Source of the DNA: an uncultured Gemmatimonadales bacterium
GTDB lineage: Bacteria > Gemmatimonadota > Gemmatimonadetes > Gemmatimonadales > GWC2-71-9
Assembly (NCBI GenBank): GCA_963844035.1
Contig: CAWJMT010000031.1
Location: forward strand, 92,637 to 156,636
Reading direction: 5' to 3'
Length of the DNA stretch: 64,000 bases
Made by a program: the position numbers and the translations under genes. The notes under the pieces were generated by a model that was given only the letters and a program-made list of their open reading frames with translations, had not been told where the DNA came from and made no database searches. Shown here piece after piece: positions 45,549 to 56,106 of the stretch (positions are counted from its first letter, which is position 1; every line of letters begins with the position of its first letter).

Positions 45549-45752
45549 TCACCGTCCACGCCACGCGACTGCGAGCGCCACCAGACCGACCGATGCCCCC
45601 GCCGGGCCGAACACCCAGACGCCGGCCGCGCTACCGAGCAGCGCGGCGCCGAGGGTCAGCGGCGTGCGGGCGCGCCGCACGACGCCGAACCCCACGAGCG
45701 CGAGGCCGGCGAGGGTGACACCTGCGAACCCAACAACAACCGCGTCACCCAC
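45549..45752 (-). CDS. Small membrane protein
   Basis: Hydrophobic 67-aa ORF filling an operon gap. Confidence 0.5.
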   Translation of the reverse strand: MGDAVVVGFAGVTLAGLALVGFGVVRRARTPLTLGAALLGSAAGVWVFGPAGASVGLVALAVAWRGR

Positions 45753-45761
45753 GTCGATCCG

Positions 45762-46328
45762 TCAGGCCGCCGGTCCATACGACAGCAGGATATTTCCGTT
45801 CTTGAAGGTCCGCGTCTTGTTGAGCTTCAGCGCCAACTTGTGTTTCACGCCCTCGAACAACGTTCTCCCCGTGCCGAGGGCGAGGGGATTGAGCACGATC
45901 TGGTATTCGTCGATCAATCCCTCGGGGGCCAATTGCGCCACAATCGTCCCGCTCCCCAGGATGACCAGGTCCGGTCCGGATTGGGCCTTGAGCTTCCGTA
46001 TTTCCGCGGCCAGACCGCTCTTGAAAAGGGTTGTGTTGCTCCACGACACTTTGTCGAGCGTGCGTGAGAATACCACCTTCGGCAGCCCGTTCATGCGCTC
46101 CGCCACCGCCGGATCGTTCTGCTTCGCCATCGGTGTCGGCCAATAGCTCGCCATCATCTGATAGGTAATCCGCCCGAACACGAGCACCCCGCCGCCGCCG
46201 GCATTCTCGGCGACAAACGCGCTCCACTCCGCATCCCCGCTGTCCTTGTGAGCCCAGCTCATGTCGCCGTTCGCGCCCACGAAGTAGCCATCGAGCGTCA
46301 CATGATTGAAAACCGAGAGTTTGCGCAT
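45762..46328 (-). CDS. Dihydrofolate reductase / RibD C-terminal family protein
   Basis: VTLDGY, FGRITY, KVVFSRTL, GSGTIV, LIDEY, LGTGRTLF. Confidence 0.9.
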   Translation of the reverse strand: MRKLSVFNHVTLDGYFVGANGDMSWAHKDSGDAEWSAFVAENAGGGGVLVFGRITYQMMASYWPTPMAKQNDPAVAERMNGLPKVVFSRTLDKVSWSNTTLFKSGLAAEIRKLKAQSGPDLVILGSGTIVAQLAPEGLIDEYQIVLNPLALGTGRTLFEGVKHKLALKLNKTRTFKNGNILLSYGPAA

Positions 46329-46336
46329 GTGTCCTC

Positions 46337-46970
46337 CTACCTCGCAGTCGCCAGTCGACGGCGTATCTCCGTGGTCCACGCCGCCTGCTCCCTGGTGCGG
46401 AGCCCGTGGGTCGTCTCGGCATCGTAGCGGCGCTGCTCCTCGCGCTCTTCGCGGGCGAACCGGTCCGCCAGGGCGTCAAGCTCTTCCTCGCTGCGGCGGC
46501 ACGGGTTCGTCAGCTCCCGGTAACGCCTGCCGCATGCGGCGCGCGTGCACCTCTCCCAGGTCGAAGTGCGACTGTTCGTGCTCGAGCACCGTGCGGCGCT
46601 GCACGCTGTCGTTCAGCACCTGTGTCTTTACCCACGACTCCCGCGTCCGGAACGCCACCGTCACGCGGTATTCGAAGGCCTGACCCTTGCATTTCCAGAG
46701 GGAATACAAGACGTACGCCGTTTTCGCACCCTCCGGACCCGACGAGGGCGGCCGGCCCTGAAAGTCCCTCCAGGTAAGGGGCCGCGTCGCCGACCAGGGG
46801 AACGCGTGGTCTTGAGCCAGGTCCTTCCGCACCAGCTCGTCGAGCGTCCCGGATCCGCCCGCGGGCGAGGCACCGCCGCGCGGCTCGGGTGCCGGGGAAC
46901 GCGGGGGTGGGGACGCACAGCCGAGGGCCGTGACGAGGAGGAGCACGGACGCTGCAGGGACGTTTGGCAT
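46337..46970 (-). CDS. DUF922-like putative Zn-dependent protease lipoprotein (frameshift near 46510)
   Basis: ALGC lipobox, LTWRDFQG, LEHEQSHFDLGE, YDAETTHG. Confidence 0.8.
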
Positions 46971-46975
46971 TGGGC

Positions 46976-47533
46976 CTAGTCGGCAGGGTGCCACGAGAAC
47001 GAGTCCCGCGCGCTGTACTGCGTCTCTCCGCCCCCGGAGCGAACCGTGATCAACGTGGACAGCACGGGGGTGTCGAGGCGCTGGGTTGCCAATCGGCTCA
47101 GGAAGCGACCTTCAACGGTCACCGTCCCGACCTGCGGAAAGTCGCACTTGAGATGCACGGCGGTAGCGCTGATGCGGGGGTCCTCGCAGAACGCCTGGTA
47201 CTCGTTGCCCCCCTCCCGATCGACAAAGGTCAGCACCGCGTCCGGTCTGAGCTCCAAGCGGACGAAGCGGAACCGGTTCACCGTGAACTGATAACCCGGG
47301 ACGTAGTAGCCCAGGGCATCCGCCTGTAGCGGCGGCTTCGGCCGCTCGGCGCGCGGCGGCGGGGGCGGGGGCGGGGGCGGCGGCGGGGGCACCGGCGTGA
47401 GCACCAGAAGCACGACGAAGGCAGCCACGAGACCGAGCACGACGTATAGCGCGATGAGACCTCTGCGACGCCTTCGGGGCCTGGGCGCAGGGGGCCTGGG
47501 CGGTTGGGACCTGGGCGGACGTGGCGTGGGCAT
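46976..47533 (-). CDS. Proline-rich membrane-anchored hypothetical protein
   Basis: Basic/Pro N-terminus, TM, poly-Pro linker, small beta domain. Confidence 0.65.
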   Translation of the reverse strand: MPTPRPPRSQPPRPPAPRPRRRRRGLIALYVVLGLVAAFVVLLVLTPVPPPPPPPPPPPPRAERPKPPLQADALGYYVPGYQFTVNRFRFVRLELRPDAVLTFVDREGGNEYQAFCEDPRISATAVHLKCDFPQVGTVTVEGRFLSRLATQRLDTPVLSTLITVRSGGGETQYSARDSFSWHPAD

Positions 47534-47652
47534 GGCGCGATTGGTCCACAAGATGTTGATCGGGGGTGGCGCTCGCCACTAGGCGCCTGGGTTTCGCTGC
47601 GAAACTGCTCCGTGTCGCGTGCGGTGCGCTTCCTTAGTTAGAATAGGCCGTC

Positions 47653-50523
47653 ATGGCGACGGCCCCGGCGCCGCGGTCGTCGGGCGCATTTCAGGTCCCG
47701 ACCGCGGGCATCCCAATTCAACTCACGACGTTCATCGGCCGCGAAATGGAAATCGCGGCGGTGGCCGACCTGCTGCGATCCGCGCGGCTCCTGACGCTGA
47801 CCGGCGTCGGTGGCGGCGGCAAGACCAGACTCGCAGCCGAAGTGGCGGCCCGCACCGCACCGCTGTTTGAAGCCTCAGGCTGGGTGGACCTCGCCACCCT
47901 CTCCGATCCCGCACTCGTAGGCCAGGCCATCGCCACCACGCTCGGCTTTCGCGAAGAGGGCGGAAGACCCGCGGTGGAAACGATGGTGCACCACCTGTGC
48001 GAGCGGACGACGTTTCTCATCCTGGACAGCTGCGAGCACCTGGTCGACGCCTGCGCCCCGCTCGTCGAAACGCTGCTCAAGGGTTGCCCGCGTCTTCGCA
48101 TCCTCGCCACGAGCCGCGAGGGTCTTGGCGTGCCGGGCGAACAAACGTGGCTCGTGCCTCCCCTGTCCATGCCGGCAAGCTCGACCGCGGACACCGTGCT
48201 CCAGTCCGAGGCCGGGCGGCTGTTTCTCGAGCGCGCCCGCGCGGTCGCGCCGGCGTTCGCACTCGATGACTCGAACGCCCAGGCCGTGGGCCAGATCTGC
48301 CGGCGGCTGGACGGCATTCCCCTCGCCATCGAGCTGGCGGCCGCGCGCGTGCGCGTCCTGGCCCCCGACCAGATCGCGGCGCGGCTGAACGAGACGTTCA
48401 AAGTGCTTGCCCCTTCGACCCGGTCCGCCGTGCCACGCCACCGCACGCTGCGCGAAACGATCGACTGGAGCCACGCCCTCCTCGACGCGGCCGAGGCCGC
48501 CCTGTTCCGCAAGCTTTCCGTATTCGCGGGGACCTTTTCCCTCGATGCGGTCGAGGCGCTCAGCCCCGACGACGTCCTCGATCTGCTCTCCGCGCTGGTC
48601 GACAAGTCCCTGGTGATCATGGAGTCGACCGGCAGCGAAGCACGCTATCGCCTGCTCGAGACCCTGCGGCAATATGGACGCGAGAAACTGGTCGCCGCTG
48701 GCGAAGATGCGGCGCTCCGCCAACGGCACGCGCAGTTCTTCACCAACCTCGTCGCGGCACGGGAGCGGGAAACGTTCGGCGGAGCGGGTGACCCGGAGTG
48801 GACCGGGAGGCTTGCGGCCGAAGAGGGCAACCTGCGGGCCGCGGCGGATTGGGCGGACGAAACCGGAGACTACGCCACCGCGCTGCGGCTCTGTACGGCG
48901 CTGCACTGGCATTGGTTCGCCCGCGGACATTTTCGCGACGGGTGGGAGCGGCTCCAGGCCGCGCTGAGACATGCCGACCACGCACGCCCGAGCGACGCGG
49001 GGAAAGGCTACGCGGCGATGGCAACCATGGCGTTCTGGCTGGGGAAGTTCGACCATATCGTCCCCAATGCCCAGAAGGGTGTGGATCTCCTGCGCGAGGC
49101 GGGCGATTCCTGGCACCTCGTCTACGCGCTTGTCTCGCTCGCCGTCGGTCGTTCGCTGACGGACCCGGCCGCCTCCGAACCGTTACACGTCGAGGCGACC
49201 GCGCTGGCGCGGGCGCATGCCCCGCGCAGCGTCTTGCTCTCCTATGCCCTCTATTTCCACGGACGCTCGGCGCTGGAACGCCGCGACCTGGATCAGGCCG
49301 AGCGGCTGCTGGCCGAAGCGCATGCCCTGGGCGTCGCTCTCGGGCACCCACCCGCGATCGCTCATCCATTGTTGATGCTCGGCCTGGTGATGATCGAGCG
49401 CGGTGCGCTCAACACCGCGGCAACCCATCTGCGCACCGCGCTACGGGTACACGAGAGCAACAGCGATCTGCTGGGATGCCTGTGGTGTCTCGAGGGGCTG
49501 GTGCGGATCGCGCATCGCACCGGGGGGTTGGAGCGCGCCGCGCAGCTGCTCGCGTTCCTGCGCCCCGAGCGGGAGCGGATCGGGGCGACCTGGTCCCCGC
49601 CCGAGCGCCTGATGTATGAGGCCCTCAGCACCGACATCGAGACCCGCCTGGGCACGGGGACGTATCGGACCGCGGCCCGCCGCGGCGAGACGATGACCCT
49701 GACCGACGCCATCGCGTGGGCGCTCGAGGCCGACACCGGCACCTGGGTCGCTCCGCCCCCCTCCCCTGCTCCGCGTGCGCCGCCGCTCATTCCGACGCTC
49801 ACCGTGCATACCCTGGGGCCGTTGCGCGTGTGGCGCGATGAGGCGCCGCTCGACCGCCAAGCGTGGACTTCGGCGAAGGCACGCGAGCTGCTGGTCCTGC
49901 TGCTGTGCCATCCGGCAGGGCGCACGCGCGAGCAAGTGGGCCTCGCGTTTTGGCCCGATGCATCGACCGAAGAAGTGCGCAACAACTTCCACGTCACGCT
50001 GCACCGCTTGCGCAAGACGTTGGGCGGCACCCAATGGGTCAGGCACTCCGGCGAGCAGTACCTACTGGACACCGGAATGACCGTGTGGTTCGACGCCACA
50101 ACCTTCGAGCGCGACGTGACCGCGGGGGCGGCACGGCTCAGGCGCGATGGGGATACGACGCTGCTCGAATCCGCGATCACCCTCTACGGCGGAGATTTTC
50201 TCGAGCACGAGGCGGCGGGCGACTGGCATCTGGAGCTACGCGATCGGCTGCGCCTCAAGTACGAGAACGCGCTCTCCGCTCTTGCCGACCGGCACATGAA
50301 ACAGGAGCGCTGGATCGAGGCGGGCGACCTGTGGCGCAAGCTCATCGGTCGCGATGAGCTGGACGAGGGAGCCTACCGCGGCCTTATGACCTGCCACGCC
50401 AAATTGGGCGAGCGATCCCAGGTCCAGCAGGCCTACAAACGCCTGGAGCAGGCGCTGCAGCGCGAGCTCGAGGCCAAACCGGAGGCCGAAACGGCACAGC
50501 TGTACCGCACCCTGGTCACGTAA
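47653..50523 (+). CDS. STAND (NB-ARC-like) ATPase-TPR regulator with C-terminal wHTH and BTAD domains
   Basis: TTFIGRE, GVGGGGKTRLA, LDSCEHL, LDGIPLAIELAA; TLGPLRV..KARELL..L..FWPD..LHRLRK; LYGGDFL, DEGAYRGLM, L...PEAET..LY. Confidence 0.9.
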   Translation: MATAPAPRSSGAFQVPTAGIPIQLTTFIGREMEIAAVADLLRSARLLTLTGVGGGGKTRLAAEVAARTAPLFEASGWVDLATLSDPALVGQAIATTLGFREEGGRPAVETMVHHLCERTTFLILDSCEHLVDACAPLVETLLKGCPRLRILATSREGLGVPGEQTWLVPPLSMPASSTADTVLQSEAGRLFLERARAVAPAFALDDSNAQAVGQICRRLDGIPLAIELAAARVRVLAPDQIAARLNETFKVLAPSTRSAVPRHRTLRETIDWSHALLDAAEAALFRKLSVFAGTFSLDAVEALSPDDVLDLLSALVDKSLVIMESTGSEARYRLLETLRQYGREKLVAAGEDAALRQRHAQFFTNLVAARERETFGGAGDPEWTGRLAAEEGNLRAAADWADETGDYATALRLCTALHWHWFARGHFRDGWERLQAALRHADHARPSDAGKGYAAMATMAFWLGKFDHIVPNAQKGVDLLREAGDSWHLVYALVSLAVGRSLTDPAASEPLHVEATALARAHAPRSVLLSYALYFHGRSALERRDLDQAERLLAEAHALGVALGHPPAIAHPLLMLGLVMIERGALNTAATHLRTALRVHESNSDLLGCLWCLEGLVRIAHRTGGLERAAQLLAFLRPERERIGATWSPPERLMYEALSTDIETRLGTGTYRTAARRGETMTLTDAIAWALEADTGTWVAPPPSPAPRAPPLIPTLTVHTLGPLRVWRDEAPLDRQAWTSAKARELLVLLLCHPAGRTREQVGLAFWPDASTEEVRNNFHVTLHRLRKTLGGTQWVRHSGEQYLLDTGMTVWFDATTFERDVTAGAARLRRDGDTTLLESAITLYGGDFLEHEAAGDWHLELRDRLRLKYENALSALADRHMKQERWIEAGDLWRKLIGRDELDEGAYRGLMTCHAKLGERSQVQQAYKRLEQALQRELEAKPEAETAQLYRTLVT

Positions 50524-50545
50524 CACTCCGCGACACTCCCGGTCC

Positions 50546-50576
50546 TGTAAGCGGTGTTGTAAGCCGCCCGTAAGCC
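50546..50576 (+). promoter_or_regulatory. Three phased GTAAGC direct repeats; putative SARP/OmpR-type operator
   Basis: GTAAGC at 50547, 50559 and 50570 (12- and 11-bp periodicity) upstream of the 50625 gene. Confidence 0.6.
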
Positions 50577-50624
50577 CTCCCTCGCAGGTTTGCTCCCAGT
50601 TCACTGGGCACCCTGGGAGGCAAC

Positions 50625-51902
50625 ATGTTGGAGCGCACGAGTGGATTTCTTGTCGCAGCCTTGGCCCTTGTGGGCCTGGCCGCGTGTCAGAGCACATACG
50701 GGACCGGCACGGGTGATGGAGGCGGGACACCGCCGCCGCCGACCGCCGTGGCGGTCGCCTACTGCAGCGGCCTCGAGCCGAACTGGGTGGCGTTCCAGGA
50801 CGGCGACGGCGCGTGGACGCGGATACAAGGGTCGCCTGCCGGCGGCAGGGTTCGGTTTAGCTCTCTCTTCTCCGCCACACGCGGCGCGGTCGCGACGCTG
50901 AAGCACTCGGCAGACCTCACCATTCTCTCGGTGCTGTACGGCACTCCGACGGAGCTCGCGACGGTCGGAGATACCAATCCACGTGATTGCGGTCCGTTCG
51001 TCGCGAAAACCCTGCTCGGCACCGCCGCCGGGCTCGGCACCGATGACGTCGCGTTCGTGAGCGGGCCGTTTTTCTCGCGCGTCCGGGTCCGCGTCGACAG
51101 CACGTTCGAGATCAAGGCACTGCCCAGCGGGCCACGTGATCTCCTGGGAATTCTGACCAACGGCAGCAGTGCCGTTACCGGCTTCATCCTGCGGCGCGAC
51201 GTCGACCTGCCGGACAGCACGACGCTGCCCGTGCTCGACTTCGCCGCCCCCGAAGCGTTCGCCCCCGCGGTTGCGAACGTGTCCCTCGCGGGGCTGGGTG
51301 GGGAGACCGCGACCACCGGCACCCAGTTACTGACAGACAACGCCGAGATCGCCATCGCGTTGCAGACCAATGCGTCCACCGATGTAACCAGGGGCTACGT
51401 GGCGCTGCCCGAGACGCAGCTCCGCCCGGGCGATCTCCAGCTTCTCTCGGCCAGCGTGTTCTCCGCCACCGGCAGTCCCCGCTCGGCGAGCGTCTACTTC
51501 CGCGCACCCATCGACCGCACGCTCACGCTGGGCGCGCCGCTCATTGCGCCCACGTTCACCACCGTCGCGACTGCGCCGACGTTGCAACTGCGGGCGCATT
51601 TCGTCCCGCAGAGTGACTACGACCGATCCGCGGTGGTCATCTATCAGGAAGGCCAGGAGACGATCGTCACCATCTCGATGACCGCGGCCTATGCCGCGCT
51701 GGGGGCAGGATACGACCTCCTCGTCCCCGATCTGTCGAGCGCCGCCGGCTTCGACCCGGCGTGGACGCTCCACGCGGGGGCGACGCTGTTGTGGACTGCG
51801 GTGCGGGTCGGCGGGACGCTGGGGTACGGGCGGGACGCTGCCGTAAGCGACGGAACCACCCGACGGTCGGCGACCAGTACCGGCACGATCGCGGCGCAGT
51901 AA
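50625..51902 (+). CDS. Beta-rich lipoprotein of unknown function
   Basis: GGAGG RBS, GLAAC lipobox, PNWVAFQDGDGAWT. Confidence 0.8.
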   Translation: MLERTSGFLVAALALVGLAACQSTYGTGTGDGGGTPPPPTAVAVAYCSGLEPNWVAFQDGDGAWTRIQGSPAGGRVRFSSLFSATRGAVATLKHSADLTILSVLYGTPTELATVGDTNPRDCGPFVAKTLLGTAAGLGTDDVAFVSGPFFSRVRVRVDSTFEIKALPSGPRDLLGILTNGSSAVTGFILRRDVDLPDSTTLPVLDFAAPEAFAPAVANVSLAGLGGETATTGTQLLTDNAEIAIALQTNASTDVTRGYVALPETQLRPGDLQLLSASVFSATGSPRSASVYFRAPIDRTLTLGAPLIAPTFTTVATAPTLQLRAHFVPQSDYDRSAVVIYQEGQETIVTISMTAAYAALGAGYDLLVPDLSSAAGFDPAWTLHAGATLLWTAVRVGGTLGYGRDAAVSDGTTRRSATSTGTIAAQ

Positions 51903-51932
51903 CACCCTCAACACTTTGACGGAGAGATTGCC

Positions 51933-52460
51933 ATGACTTCGAAGAGCATGCCGGCCGCCACCTGGTCCCCGATCGGACAGGAACACCGCGCGAACGCCCT
52001 CGCCACTCGCTTGGAGCAAGGGGCCCGTGCGCTCGCCGCCTTTGCAACCGCGCTCACCGATGCGGAGTGGCAAACCCGCATCCCGAAGGATGGGCGCAAG
52101 ATGGGCGTGATCGTGCACCACGTCGCGACGATGTACCCGATCGAGATGCAGCTGGCGCAGACGCTGGCCGAGGGCAACCCGGTGGTGGGCCTGACGTGGG
52201 ACACGGTGCACGAGCTGAATGCCGCGCACGCCAAGGAGTTCGACGGCGTGACGAAGCAGGCGGCGCTCGATCTGCTGCGCCAGAACAGCACCGCCGCCGC
52301 GGCCGCCATCCGGGCGATGAGCGACGAAGAGCTCGACCGGGCCGCGCCGGTGTCGCTCAACGGCGATGCGCCGCTCACCTGTCAGTTCATTCTGGAGGAT
52401 CACGCCGTGCGGCACAGCTACCATCATCTCGCCAAGTTGCGGGCGGCACTGAAGCGCTAG
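51933..52460 (+). CDS. DinB/mycothiol maleylpyruvate isomerase-like protein
   Basis: LTDAEW, VIVHHVA, HSYHHL metal-binding His pattern. Confidence 0.85.
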   Translation: MTSKSMPAATWSPIGQEHRANALATRLEQGARALAAFATALTDAEWQTRIPKDGRKMGVIVHHVATMYPIEMQLAQTLAEGNPVVGLTWDTVHELNAAHAKEFDGVTKQAALDLLRQNSTAAAAAIRAMSDEELDRAAPVSLNGDAPLTCQFILEDHAVRHSYHHLAKLRAALKR

Positions 52461-53156
52461 ACCCCGAGCCTGGCCCGCACGGCGCGGGGCAGCCTGGCAG
52501 CCGCATCCCGCAGCGTCTTCGCACGCATGCGGGATGCGTGCTGTTTGAGAAAGCGCGTACGTGGCCTTCCCGTCGGCCTTCGACGCCTCACGCAGCGCCC
52601 ACCCGATCGCCGTCTGAATGATCGGGTCCGGATCGGCGAGCAGGGCGGCAGATCTTCAGCGCCGCCGCCACGTCCCCACGGCCCGCATGCGTCAGATCCG
52701 CGGCCGTCGCCAGGGCGAAGCGGCGCACCCACGGGTTACGGGCCGCCGCGAGCCGGGTGAGGGAAGCAACGTATTTGGGATTCGCGTGCACGACCCGCGC
52801 CGCAACGTTTGCCGCGAGCTGATCGCACACTTCCCAGTTGTCGAGCGACCGGGCCGACCCGCGACGCGCGTCCAGCGCACGCCTTCCACCGCCTTGCCGA
52901 AGCGCGCCAGCACGAAGATCCCGACGAGCATTTCTTCACGGATCGGCCGGTTTGCAAAGCGGTCCGGCAGGCGCAGGCAGCGTCGAGCGCGAGCTCCGGG
53001 CGCTCGCTGCGAATTCGCGCCGCCACCGCCCGCACCTCCGGGGACCCGCACGCCCAGTACCTCCGCGCCGGGGACGATCCGCTCGAACTTGCGGCGCGTG
53101 GCGTCGTCGGCGCTCGCCTCGAGCGCCTGGCGAATCTCCCCGGCGAGCCCCGCCAC
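52457..53156 (-). CDS. DNA alkylation repair (AlkD-like HEAT repeat) protein, several frameshifts
   Basis: VLGVRVP, REEMLVG, W..CDQLA, NPWVRR, AIGWALRE across frames. Confidence 0.75.
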
Positions 53157-53610
53157 TAGGGCGCCAGGTCCTTTCGGAAGCAGCGGATTTGCTCAACCTC
53201 GGTGATCCGAGCGCGCGATGCGCCGCCGCGCTGTCCAGGTTGTCCGCCTGCGTGTCCGACCCGAACTCGGTGCACCCCTGTTCGCGCCCCCACGCTTCGG
53301 CCGCGGCGATGAGGGCGCGTCCCACGCCGCGCCGCCGGGCTTCGGGCACGACGAACCATCCCTCGAGATAGGCGACGCGGCCGCTCGAGCACCCCTCGAC
53401 GATTGAACGAATCGACAGCTCCGCCATCCCTACCGCCCGACCAGCTCCATCCTCGGCAAGGAGCACGGCGATCGGCTCGAGCGCCCGGCCGGCAAAGAAA
53501 TCGTCGATCTCCGCCCGGAGCTCCGATTCGGGACTCTCGGGCCAAAGCGCGGCGCAGCCGCAGCCGGCGGCAGCGTCGCGATGGGTGACTGGTCGAATCG
53601 AATGCGTCAC
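53156..53610 (-). CDS. GNAT acetyltransferase, aminoglycoside AAC(6')-I-like (indels)
   Basis: AELSIRS..EGC, YLEGWFV.PEARRRGVG, EFGSDT..DN..S..AH.ALG, CFRKDL. Confidence 0.8.
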
Positions 53611-53620
53611 TGGGACAGGG

Positions 53621-56104
53621 CTAGACGGCCCGGGCGAAATGGCCGCGGGTGAATGCGCCCCCGCCCCCCGCCGCGATCGATTCGGGAGCTGGTGTCCGGC
53701 CCTCCCTAAGGCTGTCGATCAGCGTACGAAACGCCGCGGTCACCTCCGCCACCGGATCGCCTGGCACGTTGAAGACCATGCGATAGTCGCGCAGCCCCGC
53801 CCGCCACAGCGCCGGCAGGTAACTCGCGCCATTCACCGGCCGCGAATGGAGCAGCCGGTTGCGGCAGGCCGAGTCGGTCGCGACGGGAAACGCGTAGCCG
53901 TAGGGATCGGTGAGCACCACGTTGGTGTGCTTCTGCACGCAGAGATCGCGGCACGTGTAGGGCGCGCGATCGAAGGCGGCTGACAACACGCAGTGCTCGA
54001 TGGTCATGCCCTCCGGACGGCCGTAGGCGAAGACCTCGAAGCCCCGGCCCCCCCACGGCGCGCTGACCGCCGCCATCTCGTCGCCCGTCAGCTCGATCGA
54101 CAGGACAATACGGCGTGCCCCCAGCCGGAACAGCTCTGCCGCCGTGAACTGATTGAAACAGTTGACGCCGTAGTCGGCGACCACGTCCCTCCCCTGGGCG
54201 GCAAGCTCCGCCACGAGCCCCGCGTGGCCGCTCACCAGCGGCGTGCCCAACGCGAGCCACTTGTCCAGCACCTTGCGCTCTTCCGGACGCACGATGGTGG
54301 GCGTGCGGAGCCGGACGGTGATGCCACGCTGAGCCATTTCATCGATCAGCGCCCGGACACGACTCACCGGCGGTGTGGGGTGACGCAGGAACAGGTCCAG
54401 CGAGATCTCGGTCGCTCCCGCTTGAGCGGCGGCACGGGCATCGTCCAGGCGCCACACTTCGGCGGTGAGAATCGGCTCCGCCGCTGCGGGCGGCGCAGCC
54501 CGCGGGAGACCGGCGAGCACCTCATCAATCGCGACATGCCGCGCCGTCAGGTGCTCTCCCTTCGTGCGGTCCCCTGCCGCCAGCAGTGCCGCCACGGCCT
54601 CCTGGCGCAGGTCGTTGAGCACGCTCATCGGGAGGAACAGATCCCCGTCCAGTGCGCTCAGATCCAGCGCACCCAACGTGAACGGCGTGCCTCCCAGCCG
54701 GCCGAGCTGCTTGCGCAGGATGGCGGCATCGAGCGGATGTTGCGTCGCCGGGCTGAGCGCGATGGCGCTCGTTACGGTCACCGTCGCGCCGCTCCCGTTC
54801 CATGCAAGCGTGAGCGGGGTTCCGGCGCTCCCGGAGGCGACGACGTGCAGTTGGATGGCGCCTTGCCGCGGGGGGAGTACGTCCGCGAACGACGCCCGCG
54901 CGCCCTCGAGCAGGCTCGCATGGGATGATCGTACGACCACCCATCCGTCGGGCACGTCGGCGGCGGCGGCAACGGCCTGGGTCACGAGCCCTGCTTTCTC
55001 GTGCAGCGTGCGCACACGGCTGACCGTGAAGCCCGTATTACCGCGCGCCGCACCGTCCGGATGCTCGAGACCGATCCCATCGCCCGCACTCAGCGGCCGC
55101 GTGAGCGACACCAGCAGTTCCCCGCCCGCCCGGCCGACCACGTGTCCCAGCACCGCGCCCCGGTTGTCCGGGTGGGTGCGGGTCACATACCCGCGCCCCG
55201 CTCGCCCACCGTACATCCCGCCGGTGAACCCCCGCGAGAAGATCTGCACGAGCGGCTCGGTCTGGTCCGAAGGAGGAGACGGCTGCCACGTCCCCTTGGC
55301 CAGGTCATCCAGGAAGGTGCGATAGCCGCGCGTCGCGGTTGCGACATACTCGGGCTTCTTCTTCCGGCCCTCGATCTTGAGGCACCCGACCCCGGCATCC
55401 GCGATGGCCGCCAGATGCTCCCACGCGCCCAGGTCTTTCGCGGAGATGAGAAACCCGCGATCGAGCTCGGCGTTGGTACTCGCGTCGGTCAGCACATAGT
55501 CCTTGCGGCATGACTGCGCACAGGCGCCACGATTGGCGCTGCGCTCGGAGATCATGCCCGACATAAAGCACTGGCCCGAGTAGGCGATGCACAACGCGCC
55601 GTGAACAAAGGTCTCGAGTCCCAGCGCGGGGACCGCCTACCGGATGACCGCTATATCCTCGAGCGAGTTCTCGCGCGCGAGCACCACCCGTGAGACCCCC
55701 ATCTGCTGCAATAGCCGGGCGCCGGCCGCGTCATGCACGGTGAGCTGCGTCGAGCCGTGGATCTCGAGATGGGGATAGACCTGCTGGATGAGGCGAATCG
55801 CGCCGAGGTCTTGCACCAGCACGGCATCGATCCCGGCGTCGACGCAGGCGCCGAGGTGCAGCAGCGCGTCCCGCAGCTCGGCCGGCTTGAGGAGCACGTT
55901 GAGCGTCAGATAGACGCGGACGCCGCGCGCGTGCGCGAGGCGGCAGGCCTGCTCGAGATCTGTGAAGCTCAGCTGCGCGTCGTCGTCGCGCGCGTTGAAT
56001 TTCTCGACGCCGAGATAGACCGCATCGGCGCCGTTCGCGACGGCGGCCCGCACGGCGTCGAGGCTCCCGGCGGGGGCGAGCAGCTCAGGAACGGGACGGC
56101 GCAT
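53621..56104 (-). CDS. Peptidase U32 family protein (RlhA-like long form with DUF3656 region), frameshift near 55637
   Basis: PELLAPAGS, HGSTQ, LARE, HGALCIAYSGQC, NRGACAQSCR, LKIEGR. Confidence 0.9.
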
Positions 56105-56106
56105 TC

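Noticed and set aside
47352..47392. G-rich tandem repeat as a separate element
   Set aside because: It simply encodes the poly-proline linker of the minus-strand gene
47653..50523. Avs-type antiphage STAND system
   Set aside because: No nuclease, TIR, SIR2 or protease effector; the C-terminus is a transcription activator module
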